Below are positions 51,901 through 64,000 of a stretch of 64,000 bases of DNA, piece after piece (the stretch's first letter is position 1; each line of letters opens with the position of its first letter). The position numbers and the translations under genes are program-made. The notes under the pieces are model-generated. The model was not told the DNA's origin, did not search any database, and saw nothing but the letters and a program-made list of their open reading frames with translations. The stretch is from Octopus bimaculoides (Eukaryota): the NCBI RefSeq assembly GCF_001194135.2, contig NC_069001.1, positions 22,660,400 to 22,724,399 on the forward strand, in the 5' to 3' direction.

Positions 51901-53411
51901 GAACTTCTTAAACGCATTTAAGTTTCGTTTGACCAAACGACTAAAATACTTCTTGTAAGCATAGACATCATCATTATCATTTAATGTCCGTTTTTCGTGT
52001 TGGTATGGGTTAAACAGATGATTCATTTACGTTATTTAATGTTTGTAAAATGTATCATATCTATGTCATAGAATTCTGACTTACTAACCGTCTTGACGGT
52101 TTTTTGCTTTATTGTATTTCATTTAAACTTCCATCACAACATCTGAGATTCTATATGAACATATGAAGGGCAGGAAAATTCCTCCCCTGTATTCCACAGC
52201 TGAATTTTATAACCGAAAATGAATGTATCCTCATATTTCTGGAAGAAATGCTAGTCTTTCCCCTGATGTAATTTATTTATTTGAAAGTCTTCTTAGATAT
52301 CAACGGATGAAAGAAATCATTAACAATTTATGAAGAAAAATTTGGTAGCGATTCCATGCATGAAACCTTTGATATGAAATCTATGGTCAACTTAGTCTTT
52401 TCTCTCATTTCTTAATTCCAAATATTTTAGTGTATGTTAGAAAACTCCTTTTGGTCATTTTGTGAAAATAAGTGACTGAAGACTAACTGATGGTGCAATG
52501 TTAACAATGGATAATTAACGAAGGTTATTAACATCTGATCAATAATTGATTACTTCTTTTAAGCTACCGTTTTGTCAGTCAAAGTGTCTAGCCACAATTT
52601 TTGTTACAGTATTTTCCCTCGAAAATTAAATAATAATAATACAAAGTATAACAATTAGAAGAAAGAGAATCAAATCTGTCACAAATTGTGACATTTCTGG
52701 TTATTTATTAACCTCAAGTGTCAAGTTCGTGAAAGAGTAGGTCAAATTATTATAAAGAGTACACCGTTTCCTTCTAACTACTAATAGACATTTTCAGGAT
52801 TTCTTTCCAAGAATTCAATTCTATTATCAGAGTTATTTTCCTCACATTATTCTTTAAATTGATTTTATATCGACATAAAACAAAAATGCAATCCGGAAAA
52901 TATTTCCTCAAAATGATAAGGAAAGTTTACTTGATGTTTTTGCAAAAATCTGGAAAGATAAAGTAAAATTGTCTTATTCTTGTGAGTAGAATTTTTCATT
53001 CGTTTTTGCACAAGTCTCTTTTGGTTTTGAATTATGTTCTGAATTTTTAAGTTGAATTTTCATCTAGGTATCAAAATAACGATAAATTTAATATTTCACC
53101 CGAGATAAAAGTTTTTTTATGATCATTTTAATAACGACCTCTAAGATATGCAGAAGTATGCTTGTGCGATAAATTTCGTCTTGCAACCAGGTAAATCTGG
53201 ATTTAATCTTATTGTGGAGAACCTTGAACCAAGTTCTATCATGTTAATGTAATTTAGAACGCAAAACGTTTAAGAAATCCAGCTATACACACATGTGTAT
53301 GTATACGTGCGTGTGTGACAGCGCAGAATCTAAATAAGAACGAGTAAATCAGAAAATCAGTGCTCTTCAAATGTAATAAGTTATGATATTTTTTACCTTG
53401 TAGCTGCGTTA

Positions 53412-53643
53412 CAGTAATCTCTCGACTATCGTGGATGTTACATTCCAAAACACCCCACGATATGTGAAAATCCGCGAAGTAGAAACAGTACTGTATTGCA
53501 TATTTTATTATTTTTATAATTTGAATATATTTATTTTATTATAAATGCAAAACAACATCACGGAGGAATCGACGTAAGCTTAAATAATAAACCGCGATAG
53601 GTGAACCGCGATAGGTGAACCGCGATATGGCGACAGATTACTG
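53412..53643. mobile_element. Tigger/pogo-like MITE, 232 bp
   Basis: TA at 53410-53411 and 53644-53645; TIRs CAGTAATCTCTCGACTATCGTGG / CCGCGATATGGCGACAGATTACTG. Confidence 0.85.
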
Positions 53644-55047
53644 TATAAGTAAATTCATGTGACTCTGGATTTCAGGAATGCTGTGAATAGCTCATCGTAA
53701 CAAATACAATTACTGTTCCCCTTTTACAAGATAAAAGTAGAATTAAAAATGGGCACAAGTTTTCAGAGAGGTGTAATATTATATCCGTCATTCACTGATA
53801 TTTTGTCTTCAGAAGATAGACATATTCAGTGACAGCCGAATTTGAACTCAGAGTATAAGATGGAACTAAATTTGCAGTTCATTTAGTCATTTGGTATCAG
53901 ATACTGGATACCAGAAATCCACCATTCTTAAAAGTCATTAAATACGAGCAAAATCATGTGTACGAGTCTCTTTCAAAGCTGGAAGATTTATTTTTACTTG
54001 AAGTGTTCAGCTGAAATAAACTATTTGTAGAAAATCAACTTGTCTGCTATGAATTTTAATTCTTGTACTAATTATAGTTATCGATAGTTTGGCTAATTCA
54101 GTAATTACATTTAAACAAATTGTGTAAATTGCAGAAGACAAATATATAAATTTTTCACTTAATCTCTTAATCTCAACTAAAATATCTGAAACAAACGAAA
54201 TTGTTCTATACGGAACATGCTGTATAGACTCGGTGATTATCAGTATCTTCAATCTTGCATCAACGAACTGAAAAGAAAATCTGAAGAAGCATTCTCTGGT
54301 TGCACTTTCTGAAATATATCTCTGGTGTTATCTTGTATGCAGGGTAATGAACCCTATGCACAGCAGACCGACGATTCCCAACATTCGGCTTGCGGTATAA
54401 TTCTGATAACATCACATAGACAGAATCTTTTATTTTATTTAATGGAAATAAAATACTCATGAATATATTATACGATAAATCTATAGGTGTACGGGGCTAC
54501 AATACAATATATACCGTAAACAAAAACTGGAGAACATTTCTAGAAGTATCAAATATGAAGTTAAACTATTGTTATTCATGTCAAATATATAAAGGAAGTA
54601 GCACGGATAATTATTGAGGAGCTAAAATGAGGCGAACCCCTGTAAAAAACCAAACTATCTAACCACCATTCAGCTTGAAACATCGCATATGTAAAATACT
54701 GAATACGTAAGTTATATTTCATTCATCTGGCCAGTTAACTCTGACCTTTGTAACTGCATTCGCACAGCTAATTTATTCAATAAAAAGACAAAGGCACTGA
54801 TACACAATGTTCAAAATCCTTTAGATATAGAGCAAACGAAAAACTCAAAATCAGATTCGTAATTTTTAAGTATTCAGTACTATATCTCAGCTTTATGATT
54901 CTATGTCATATCTAAAATTGGTTTACGTTTTGTTCTTTGCAAATTGAGAAAGTGAATGTGATACTCCGAATGAGATACTTAAAGTAGTGTTTGTACCTGA
55001 ATAATTCAATATAATTCAATTAATGATGCTAGTAAGGAACATACACA

Positions 55048-55428
55048 GGCGCAGGAGTGGCTGTGTTGTACGTGGCTTGCTTACCAACCACATGGTTCCG
55101 GGTTCAGTCCCACTGCGTGGCACCTTGGGCAAGTGTCTTCTACTATAGCCTCGGGCCGACCAAAGCCTTGTGAGAGGATTTGGTAGACGGAAACTGAAAG
55201 AAGCCCATATATATGTATGTGTGTTTCTGTGTTTGTCCCCCCACTATCGCTTGACAACCGATGCTGGTGTGTTTACGTCTCCGTAACTTAGCGGTTCGGC
55301 AAAAAGAGACCGATAGAATAAGTACTAGGCTTACAAAGAATAAGTCCTGGGGTCGATTTGCTCGACTAAAGGCGGTGCTCCAGCGTGGCCGCAGTCAAAT
55401 GACTGAAACAAGTAAAAGAGTAAAAGAG
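55048..55428 (+). mobile_element. SINE family A, full-length reference copy (tRNA-like head, internal microsatellite, (GTAAAAGA)n tail)
   Basis: A-box-like TGGCTGTGTTG, B-box-like GGTTCAGTCCC, tandem GTAAAAGA tail; homologous to more than 12 other copies in the window. Confidence 0.93.
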
Positions 55429-55727
55429 TATGCGATGCATTAGTTTACATGGAAACTAACCAGGATTTTTTTTTTCTTTTGAACACTGTTCTATTTTGAG
55501 AATTGCCACTATGTTTTGTAATATTTTCGTGATTTTTTCCCCTGAATTGTATGCTAGATATTTGCATATTAAACGTATCGTAAGAATTTTTCTCTAAATC
55601 ACTAATGTTCATTGATCAGTAGTCCTAATAATCATTACATATAATCAATCTCCTATTATTATTTCTATATCAAAGTAGGTATACTTTTTGGGATTGACTT
55701 TAGAGTTTCGTACAGACCAATAATTAT

Positions 55728-55893
55728 AAGTCGGTTACATAGACCCCAGTGCTCAACTGGTACTTATTTCATCCACCCTAAAAGGATGAAAGGCAAAGTT
55801 GACCTCGGTGGAATTTGAACCCAGAACATGACGAAATACCGCTAAGAATTTTGCCCGGAGTACTAGCGATTCTGTCAGTTCGCTGCATTAAAG
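55728..55893 (-). mobile_element. SINE family B with 14-bp target-site duplication
   Basis: AGACCAATAATTAT at 55714-55727 and 55894-55907. Confidence 0.88.
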
Positions 55894-55918
55894 AGACCAA
55901 TAATTATTGTTCTCTTAG

Positions 55919-55978
55919 TTTGTTATTTTGACACGTCTGCTCTCTTTCGAATTAAATGCAAAATGCTTAAATTTTGAG
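55919..55978 (+). CDS. Weak candidate 60-nt exon FVILTRLLSFELNAKCLNFE
   Basis: TTGTTCTCTTAG acceptor, GAG|GTGAGT donor, only phase 0-0 frame open. Confidence 0.2.
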
Positions 55979-56997
55979 GTGAGTCATTTAATTTCTTTTA
56001 TTGAAACTATGTGTAATATAGCAGTGAAGAAGATTTAAATATTTTACTCAGGAATTTGGAATTCTAATCACACTACTTTCTCTTTTATTCATCTTTATAG
56101 TTAAAAGTGGATAGCTATATTTAAAATGTCGAGCCAAAAATAATGTATTCTTAATTATATTTGTGACGAGAAGAGAAAAGAATTACTGTTAATGGCAATA
56201 CTTGTCAATAACGACGAAGGAATAGACAACAAAATTTAAATTGTTTATAAATTAAAGGATGACATGTTTTGGGAAGTTAGTCTGACCTTTTGGTATCACT
56301 ATAGCGACAGCACCAGACATTTTGGCGAGAGACAGTTTTCACAACAAAACATCTCAGAATCAAGCTAGGATCTGATACTTATATGTAAATCTTCTTGACT
56401 GTGGAGGTCTAATAAGACCGAAACATAACAAGCATTGTCATTGTAAATACTTATCAAATTTACTTCCAAATTCATGTATTCATTGAATTTTAATCATTTC
56501 GTAATTCATGGATAAGAATGACCATACAAATTAATATGTATTTATATACACCTACAATATATTTTATTATTTAAGTCTTACATATATACGTACGTGCATT
56601 TAGGCGATGTTGAAGAACATTTGTGTGTGTCTGTAGGCGATACTTGAAAATCAACAACACGGAAGATATAACAGGTTTTCTCGTTAGATTTGTCATGTTG
56701 CATGTGTTCTACATTATATTAGAAGTTAAGGAAAATAGAACAGATAAATAGATAGATGGACGTCAACATCAAAACACAAGGACAAATTAACCTATGTCGT
56801 AAATGTATTCTAAGATTAATCTATAATATAAATTTGACATGGGCGAGCGTTGTATTCTTTATTGTCTTGAGGTTCACAGCCAAACGGCTGGGTGGATTCG
56901 CAAGAAAAACACATGTGGAGACGGTTGCATAGATCAGAATGTGGTTTGTATTTTTTTCTAGCCTCCATAGTTACCGAGAAAATCGATTAAAACAACC

Positions 56998-57090
56998 TGC
57001 GTGCGCGTGCGCGTGTGTGTGCGCGTGTGCGTGCGCGTGTGCGTGCGCGTGTGCGTGTGTCACTGAAGTCATTCATACATACATACATAA

Positions 57091-57131
<41 letters not shown>

Positions 57132-57212
57132 CCCTCACTACAAAAACTGAATGAAAAATGTTCAGTTATCTCTCTATCTCTCTTTCTTTCTCTCTCTCTC
57201 TCTCTCTCTCTG
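56998..57212. repeat. CpG-rich alternating (GC/GT)n tract followed by (CATA)n and (CT)n
   Basis: Directly visible. Confidence 0.9.
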
Positions 57213-57484
57213 ATATACACACACGCCATCAACATTACTTTCTCTGTCCCTTCACACACACTCACAAAAGCAATTCATATACACACCACACATTCTGTAT
57301 NNNNNNNNNNNNNNNNNNNNNNNNNNNNNNNNNNNNNNNNNNNNNNNNNNNNNNNNNNNNNNNNNNNNNNNNNNNNNNNNNNNNNNNNNNNNNNNNNNNN
57401 NNNNNNNNNNNNNNNNNNNNNNNNNNNNNNNNNNNNNNNNNNNNNNNNNNNNNNNNNNNNNNNNNNNNNNNNNNNNNNNNNNNN

Positions 57485-57516
<32 letters not shown>

Positions 57517-58058
57517 GCTTTTACGCTGACTTCAAACCACATATCAAAAAAATATTTTCACTTGTCCTGGAATTTCTATTACTGACAAATTCACAACAGT
57601 TCGACTCGAGAGATAAACAGAAGCCACCTCGTGCTGACTGCAAAACTCCCGCCAAATTATCCGCAAAACACACACACACATACACACACACGTCCATTTC
57701 ATATATCTTCTTTCAATTTCTGCTCTCTGATTAGACAAACGTCTAATACAATAGTTCTCAAATACGTTTTGCTCTCTAAAAGGTACGTGTCTATTTTTTT
57801 CTATAAGCGTATAACAATGAGTTATTCCATACTTCTCCACTTAGCTTTTATCTTCCGTTTCTTAAATTGGATACATCTGCTATTAAGTTGCAGAACTTTG
57901 GCAGTACAGTTACAAATCAGTTCTGCTTTACTTCTTACATACAATTTCCTTGTAAAGTCTTACAGCTTCATTTTTTGGTGATGATTGAAATGTCAAACAT
58001 TTTCTAACTGTTAAAGCAATTCTTAACCTCAACTTCTTAATGCCTCTTCTATTTTTCC

Positions 58059-58526
58059 TAGCCCCCATTTTCTCCCAAATTTGTTTATTCAAAACTTTTT
58101 TTGCCAAAAATCCCCGTTTTCGGATACGGAGGTTCGGGAAAGTTGCCAAAAATCGGCATTGTGAAATTTTTCACCCTCTTTCCCCAACTTCTTCAATTTT
58201 GACATTTTTCCCCGACACTAACCCTAAAACTCTAACTCTAAAACCTTAACCTTAACTCTAACCCTAAAACCGTAACTATAAAAATGTTTCAAAATTTTTG
58301 TCTGAATCATAAGCCCATATTTTTCCGCATATTTACAAAAAAAAAAATTCTTAAAAAGAATTTTTATAAAGATTTTTGGAAATGTTTTTCAGAATCATAA
58401 TCTCCGTATTTTTCGGCATATTTTAATATTTTGAAAAACAAAAGAAAATTCTGAAAAAGTTCAAAATGAAGGAAATGGGGGCAATTTAGAAATGTCGACT
58501 TTTGCCAATTTTTTGGGGAGATTCGT
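58059..58526. mobile_element. Possible Helentron/Helitron-type non-autonomous element with degenerate (CCCTAA)-like array
   Basis: CTAACCCTAAAACTCTAACTCTAAAACC array at 58215-58280; inverted GCCCCCATTT / AAATGGGGGC; duplicated GAATCATAA...GCATATTT; right end lost in gap. Confidence 0.45.
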
Positions 58527-59420
58527 NNNNNNNNNNNNNNNNNNNNNNNNNNNNNNNNNNNNNNNNNNNNNNNNNNNNNNNNNNNNNNNNNNNNNNNNNN
58601 NNNNNNNNNNNNNNNNNNNNNNNNNNNNNNNNNNNNNNNNNNNNNNNNNNNNNNNNNNNNNNNNNNNNNNNNNNNNNNNNNNNNNNNNNNNNNNNNNNNN
58701 NNNNNNNNNNNNNNNNNNNNNNNNNNNNNNNNNNNNNNNNNNNNNNNNNNNNNNNNNNNNNNNNNNNNNNNNNNNNNNNNNNNNNNNNNNNNNNNNNNNN
58801 NNNNNNNNNNNNNNNNNNNNNNNNNNNNNNNNNNNNNNNNNNNNNNNNNNNNNNNNNNNNNNNNNNNNNNNNNNNNNNNNNNNNNNNNNNNNNNNNNNNN
58901 NNNNNNNNNNNNNNNNNNNNNNNNNNNNNNNNNNNNNNNNNNNNNNNNNNNNNNNNNNNNNNNNNNNNNNNNNNNNNNNNNNNNNNNNNNNNNNNNNNNN
59001 NNNNNNNNNNNNNNNNNNNNNNNNNNNNNNNNNNNNNNNNNNNNNNNNNNNNNNNNNNNNNNNNNNNNNNNNNNNNNNNNNNNNNNNNNNNNNNNNNNNN
59101 NNNNNNNNNNNNNNNNNNNNNNNNNNNNNNNNNNNNNNNNNNNNNNNNNNNNNNNNNNNNNNNNNNNNNNNNNNNNNNNNNNNNNNNNNNNNNNNNNNNN
59201 NNNNNNNNNNNNNNNNNNNNNNNNNNNNNNNNNNNNNNNNNNNNNNNNNNNNNNNNNNNNNNNNNNNNNNNNNNNNNNNNNNNNNNNNNNNNNNNNNNNN
59301 NNNNNNNNNNNNNNNNNNNNNNNNNNNNNNNNNNNNNNNNNNNNNNNNNNNNNNNNNNNNNNNNNNNNNNNNNNNNNNNNNNNNNNNNNNNNNNNNNNNN
59401 NNNNNNNNNNNNNNNNNNNN

Positions 59421-59458
<38 letters not shown>

Positions 59459-59469
59459 CAAGCACAAGA

Positions 59470-59880
59470 AGCAGGTGAGATCACAATGACCAAGTCTTTT
59501 GTGGAATCTGAGTTAACTCTAATGTGGAGGTTCAAATCACCAGGTTATATAACTCTGGTCAAACCTTCCAGAACCTTCAAATTGCAAATTAGTGGTGAGC
59601 TTACACAACCCTCCTTCGATATTCGCTAGCGTTAGTTGATACCCACCAACCAATGCTGATTGACAGATAAACATTTTACGCGGCTGTTTTCTTCTTTCAA
59701 GTGGTTGGCCTTGCCTTTTATGAGAACATGAGTAGACTGTGGTTCATAACTGAAATTTCAAACGTGGTGGTTCGAATTTGACCACAGTCTCACTAACTAG
59801 CAGAAGGATCACTACTTGTCGATCGGTTTCCAACAATTTTAGCTTTTTCCGATCTGGCTTTTATCAAACCAACACGCTCT
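59470..59880 (-). mobile_element. Decayed APE-endonuclease LINE fragment (L2/CR1-like)
   Basis: Minus-strand NLKVLEGLTRVI*PGDLNLHI (GDxN motif) and upstream LLLVSET (ETW-like motif). Confidence 0.45.
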
Positions 59881-60194
59881 TAATAATTTAAGTAATTTGT
59901 AGTTTGATTAAACGCCACATATTCTTGCCGTCCCGCTTATCTCATTCGGCATAAAGTTTTTTGAAATTGTAATTAGATTTCAATTTGTTTGGTGCATTCA
60001 TATCAAATGTAGATAACAGCATTCTTTCAAGAGGCTTCATTCATAGCAGAACTTGTTCGAAGAATACACGGTAAGCACAAAAATTACAGAAGTGACCTAC
60101 CCTAAATGATAATTTGGAATCTTGAATAAAATGCGATAGAGTATGCAAAGCAAATGAAGGCATAGACTGGATAGGGCAACATAATGCATGTAGC

Positions 60195-60855
60195 GGATAA
60201 AGAACGGATTAGGGCGGGGCACAGACATGTAAAATATTTACAGTACAATATTCGGAAAATGCTTCTGACTGCTATAACATCAATAATCAATGAAGAAATT
60301 ACTCAAAAGTGAGTTAAATAGGTAATTTCGCATTATTTGGGACTTCTTCATACCCACTGGCAGTCCAAATTTTTTTCTGCTTGTAACTACTGATGCACAG
60401 AAAAGTGAACCAAGTTGAGTTGCTGCTGTATGACCAAATATTTTCTTGCAATTTTGATATTTTAAGCAGTTAACCACTTGCTGGTCCGTCGGAACGGCAG
60501 TCAACATTGAGTGGGAATAGTACAACTAGTAGTTTCGCTTCAACGCCAACAACTTCTGCGCCTGACGGAAGCAAACAGCCAGTGTTCAGTATCGACAAAA
60601 TATATTGCAGAAACGATTCTCCTCTAAACTAATTCCCAATTGATTCGTAACATGACAAAAACGTAGCACAAACCTTTTTTTTTTTTTTTTCGATAATTTC
60701 TTTGTCTTAGTCACAAGTAATGCGAAATTACCTATTTTAATCATTTCTGATTAAAATTTCTTTTTTGATTATTGATATTATAGTAGTAAGAAACACGTTC
60801 AGAATATCGTGCTGTAAATATTTTACATTTCAGAGCCCCTCCGTAATTCGCTCTC
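60195..60855. repeat. Inverted repeat, arms about 150 bp (60195-60343, 60709-60855), spacer about 365 bp
   Basis: ATGTAAAATATTTACAG, TATAA.ATCAATAATCAA and AAATAGGTAATTTCGCATTA are reverse-complemented in the right arm. Confidence 0.85.
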
Positions 60856-61930
60856 TAATGATAAGATCGAGCATCGATATCAGGCTTTGTTACACACTGT
60901 TTTATCCCCTNNNNNNNNNNNNNNNNNNNNNNNNNNNNNNNNNNNNNNNNNNNNNCAGAAGCATGTTTACAGTCATGAAATCCTGTATTAGTGCAAAGCT
61001 TCATATATTACTTTTTAAACAACAAAAATAAAATAATTTTCCTAATTCGCTGTATTTTTACTAATGATGTGATTTAAAACCATTGGCTGTTGCTAATGTC
61101 TGTGAGGTGAGGACCATGAGTCTACTGAGCTGCAAATTGCTTTGCGACTGTCAACTTCTTTTCCGAAGGGAATATTTTGAAAGAAAAATGTTTTCGTATT
61201 TCTGATTACAGTGTAACCTGGCAGTGTGTCCTTCGGTATTTGTCGTAGTGCAGTCAGTCTCGTTACTTGAATCTTCTAAATCTATTTAATCAAAATCCGT
61301 TGAGTCTATAACATTAATAAAATCTACAAGCTCTACAAGAAGGTGACATTTAAAGGACCTTTTAGATTTGAGGAATATCCAGCATATTTCATAGACACAG
61401 AAAACCTCTTTCTCGTGAAATGTCATACATCCATTATATATTGATCTACAAAAGAGAAAAAATAGGTTGTTTATAAAGGTTTTCTTTAAGACAAAAGGAC
61501 AGAAGTTTTGCTCGTTCAGCAGCTTGGCATATTAAGAAACATAACATGGTTATATCACAACAAAAAATAGGCAAGCATTATTTTCACATTACGATATTGA
61601 ATAAAAAAATGGCGATAATTTTCTTTTCCCATTTCAAAGAAATATTTACTTCAGCTTAAAAATCGATTGTATTTTGTTCATTTTTGAAATAGTTTGTGAA
61701 TGGCGATAACAAATACCAAAGGCTCGAGATTTGGCCTCTGTATCTTCAACGTACGCATAAGACTACGTATAAAAGAAGTCAAAAAACTGCAATGCACTAA
61801 ACATCAGTAGTTCCATAAATAACTGTAATACGAGAGGATAACTGAGGTAGAAGCTAAGCTTTTTGTCCGAATATTTTTAGACTATCTGAAAAGCCAGTAA
61901 ATCATAGAACGCGATGATTAAGCTAATTAA

Positions 61931-62318
61931 TAATGTTGTGTTGTTGGCACTCCGTCGCTTACGACGTCGAGGGTTCCAGTTGATCCGATCAACGGAACAG
62001 CCTACTCGTGAAATTAACGTGCAAGTGGCTGAGCACTCCACAGACACGTGTACCCTTAACGTAGTTCTCGGGGATATTCAGCGCGACACTGTGTGACAAG
62101 GCTGGCCCCTTTGAATTACAGGCACAACAGAAACAGGAAGTAAGAGAAAGTTGTGGTGAAAGAGTACAGCAGGGTTTGCCACCATCCCCTACCGGAGCCT
62201 CTTGGAGCTTAAGGTATTTTTGCTCAATAAACACTCACAACGCCCGGTCTGGGAATCGAAACCGCGATCCTATGACCACGAGTCCGCTGCCATAACCACT
62301 GGGCCATTGCGCCTCCAC
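61931..62318 (-). mobile_element. tRNA-headed SINE family C, full-length
   Basis: Reverse strand GTGGAGGCGCAATGGCCCAGTGG (A box), GGTTTCGATTCC (B box), (ACA)n-type tail. Confidence 0.9.
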
Positions 62319-63799
62319 AATTGATAATGTAATCTATCTAAAACTATAATGATGGTACAACACAAATAATGTTTTGACTGCTAGATAATATTTGATCACA
62401 TTTTTGCTACTTACAATTGTTACATCTAAACCGTTTGAACTGATATTCTTGACAACATCTCCACGAACGTGAACCAAATTATTGTGAAGATAACTCTTGA
62501 ATTTTCTGAGAGTACTAAACAAATGCACAGAACGGCGTAGAAAGTAAAAGATCTTATGTAAAATTTGAACTGTAGTTATTACGAAGTAGCGAAAGTCAGA
62601 AATCCAGCCATCTTTGACAGAAAAGCTAACCATTAAAATAATTTAAGTAGCATTTACATAATTTACATCAATTTTTTAAAGCATTGGTCATATCTGAATC
62701 TTTGGGTGGTGGCATCCTCCTCCCTTCGGCACTGCCTTAAGCATTTTTCAAAAACTTCTCGATGGAACGCTTTTGCTTGACTCGTTAAAGCTTTTGGGAT
62801 TCCCAACAGCACAAGTACTTCTCTAAAAAACATCGAGATTTTCTTTAAATTACTTTTCTAGCAGGACTACTTTTTAATCACAAAAATATGATTACGATAT
62901 CTTGGAGAAATTGTCGTATTGCGTGAAAGAAGAAAATATTACATCGACAAAGTGACAAAGAGAATGCTGTTAATCTTAGCATGTTATATGATTGCATTCA
63001 TGCTACTTACAGTAACTTCAGATACCACCATTCTCACCTCAAACTTACTATTTCAAAAGACAAAAAAGAAATATGAAGCGGATAGTAATCGTTGACCAGA
63101 CGTCAGTTCGATCATGGCTACACCTAAAGAAAAATGCGTTTTATACGAATACTTACTCTATCAGAAGTAGTAGGAAACCTTGAATGTAAATTACACAAAG
63201 AAATTACAACTAATATATGTAGTGTACTAATAATGTCAACTAATACAGAAATTTCTTGAATTTTCGATTCTTTTGCAAAGTCAGATAGGTCATATGTTTT
63301 AGAAGTGGAGAAAAAGATATTAGAGATTGTTCATATTTTCACCGAGTCATTAAGAATGTCAGTGTAATTGATGAATAGGCAATTAAAATGGACCTAGAAC
63401 TAATAATAAGGAGACAGAAGGAAATGTCTATAAGTAATTAGTAGTGCGATATATTTTAATAAGAAGACGGAACAGATTACACTGACTGTTAGGCTTTTAA
63501 AATTTCTTCTTCGTTCTGTGTTCAAATCTAGCATGGAGGTCAATTTAAAGTTAAGCACATCCAAGATTCAACTCACTTCCACAAATATTTGTCTACAATT
63601 TGAAAGACTGAATTATTTTCTAAACTATTTGTGTTTAATCGATCATGTATATTAAATTTAATTCGTCGAGTGTATACACGCTGTAAACCTGTTATATACT
63701 TAGAAATATTTGTTCGTTAATTTATATTTTGGTGAGGATCTACAACTTTCTTATTATCCAAATGATATATTTCAAAAGTAAAAATATATGGAATAATGA

Positions 63800-63966
63800 T
63801 AAATGCGATCAAACTACCATTCTCACCCATTTCAGCTGCACTTTCTCAACAAAATTAGGAAGTAGGTTTTGAGCGCTATATATATATAAAATGCCAACAG
63901 GATAACAGTAAACCTACTTTTGGGCCATCCTGTATATATATATACATATATATATACAGGATGGCC

Positions 63967-63969
<3 letters not shown>
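63800..63969. mobile_element. Tc1-like right terminus (TIR ending 63932) plus a 13-bp terminal remnant (63957-63969) within (TA)n
   Basis: ACAGTAAACCTACTTTTGGGCCATCCTG-TA, then TA-CAGGATGGCCCTG-TA. Confidence 0.6.

Positions 63970-64000
<31 letters not shown>

Noticed and set aside
53146-53190. 45-nt plus-strand exon candidate (MQKYACAINFVLQP)
   Set aside because: Weak acceptor (CTCTAAG) and no supporting context
55048-55125. tRNA-like heads with A and B boxes in SINE families A, C and D
   Set aside because: No complete cloverleaf with acceptor stem; each continues into a SINE body, so they are not called tRNA genes
58215-58280. True telomere or chromosome-fusion site
   Set aside because: Units are highly degenerate, short and embedded in a transposon-like context

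Overview
AT-rich eukaryotic DNA with many scaffold N-gaps. The SINE families and microsatellite load resemble an octopus genome (inference from recalled repeat families, not checked against a database). No intact protein-coding gene, rRNA, true tRNA or CRISPR array can be supported. Most long entries in the ORF track are artefacts of N-gaps and microsatellites. The window holds roughly 30 copies of four tRNA-headed SINE families (called A-D here), decayed LINE fragments (RTE, R4/Dong-like, APE-type), Penelope-like pieces, a Gypsy integrase remnant, a mariner transposase remnant and several MITEs (piggyBac-, Tigger/pogo-, hAT-, Tc1- and Helentron-like). A few isolated candidate exons occur on both strands, but they do not join into a credible gene model. 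The best leads are: (1) a CpG-depleted zone at about 1.4-11.7 kb that may record germline gene-body methylation; (2) an unknown tandemly duplicated unit that splits a SINE; (3) an ATG-less plus-strand frame with a PHD/C1-like Cys/His motif; (4) a 14-nt microexon candidate behind a 98-nt AG-free zone; (5) several fold-back structures. I found no convincing novel multi-gene system.
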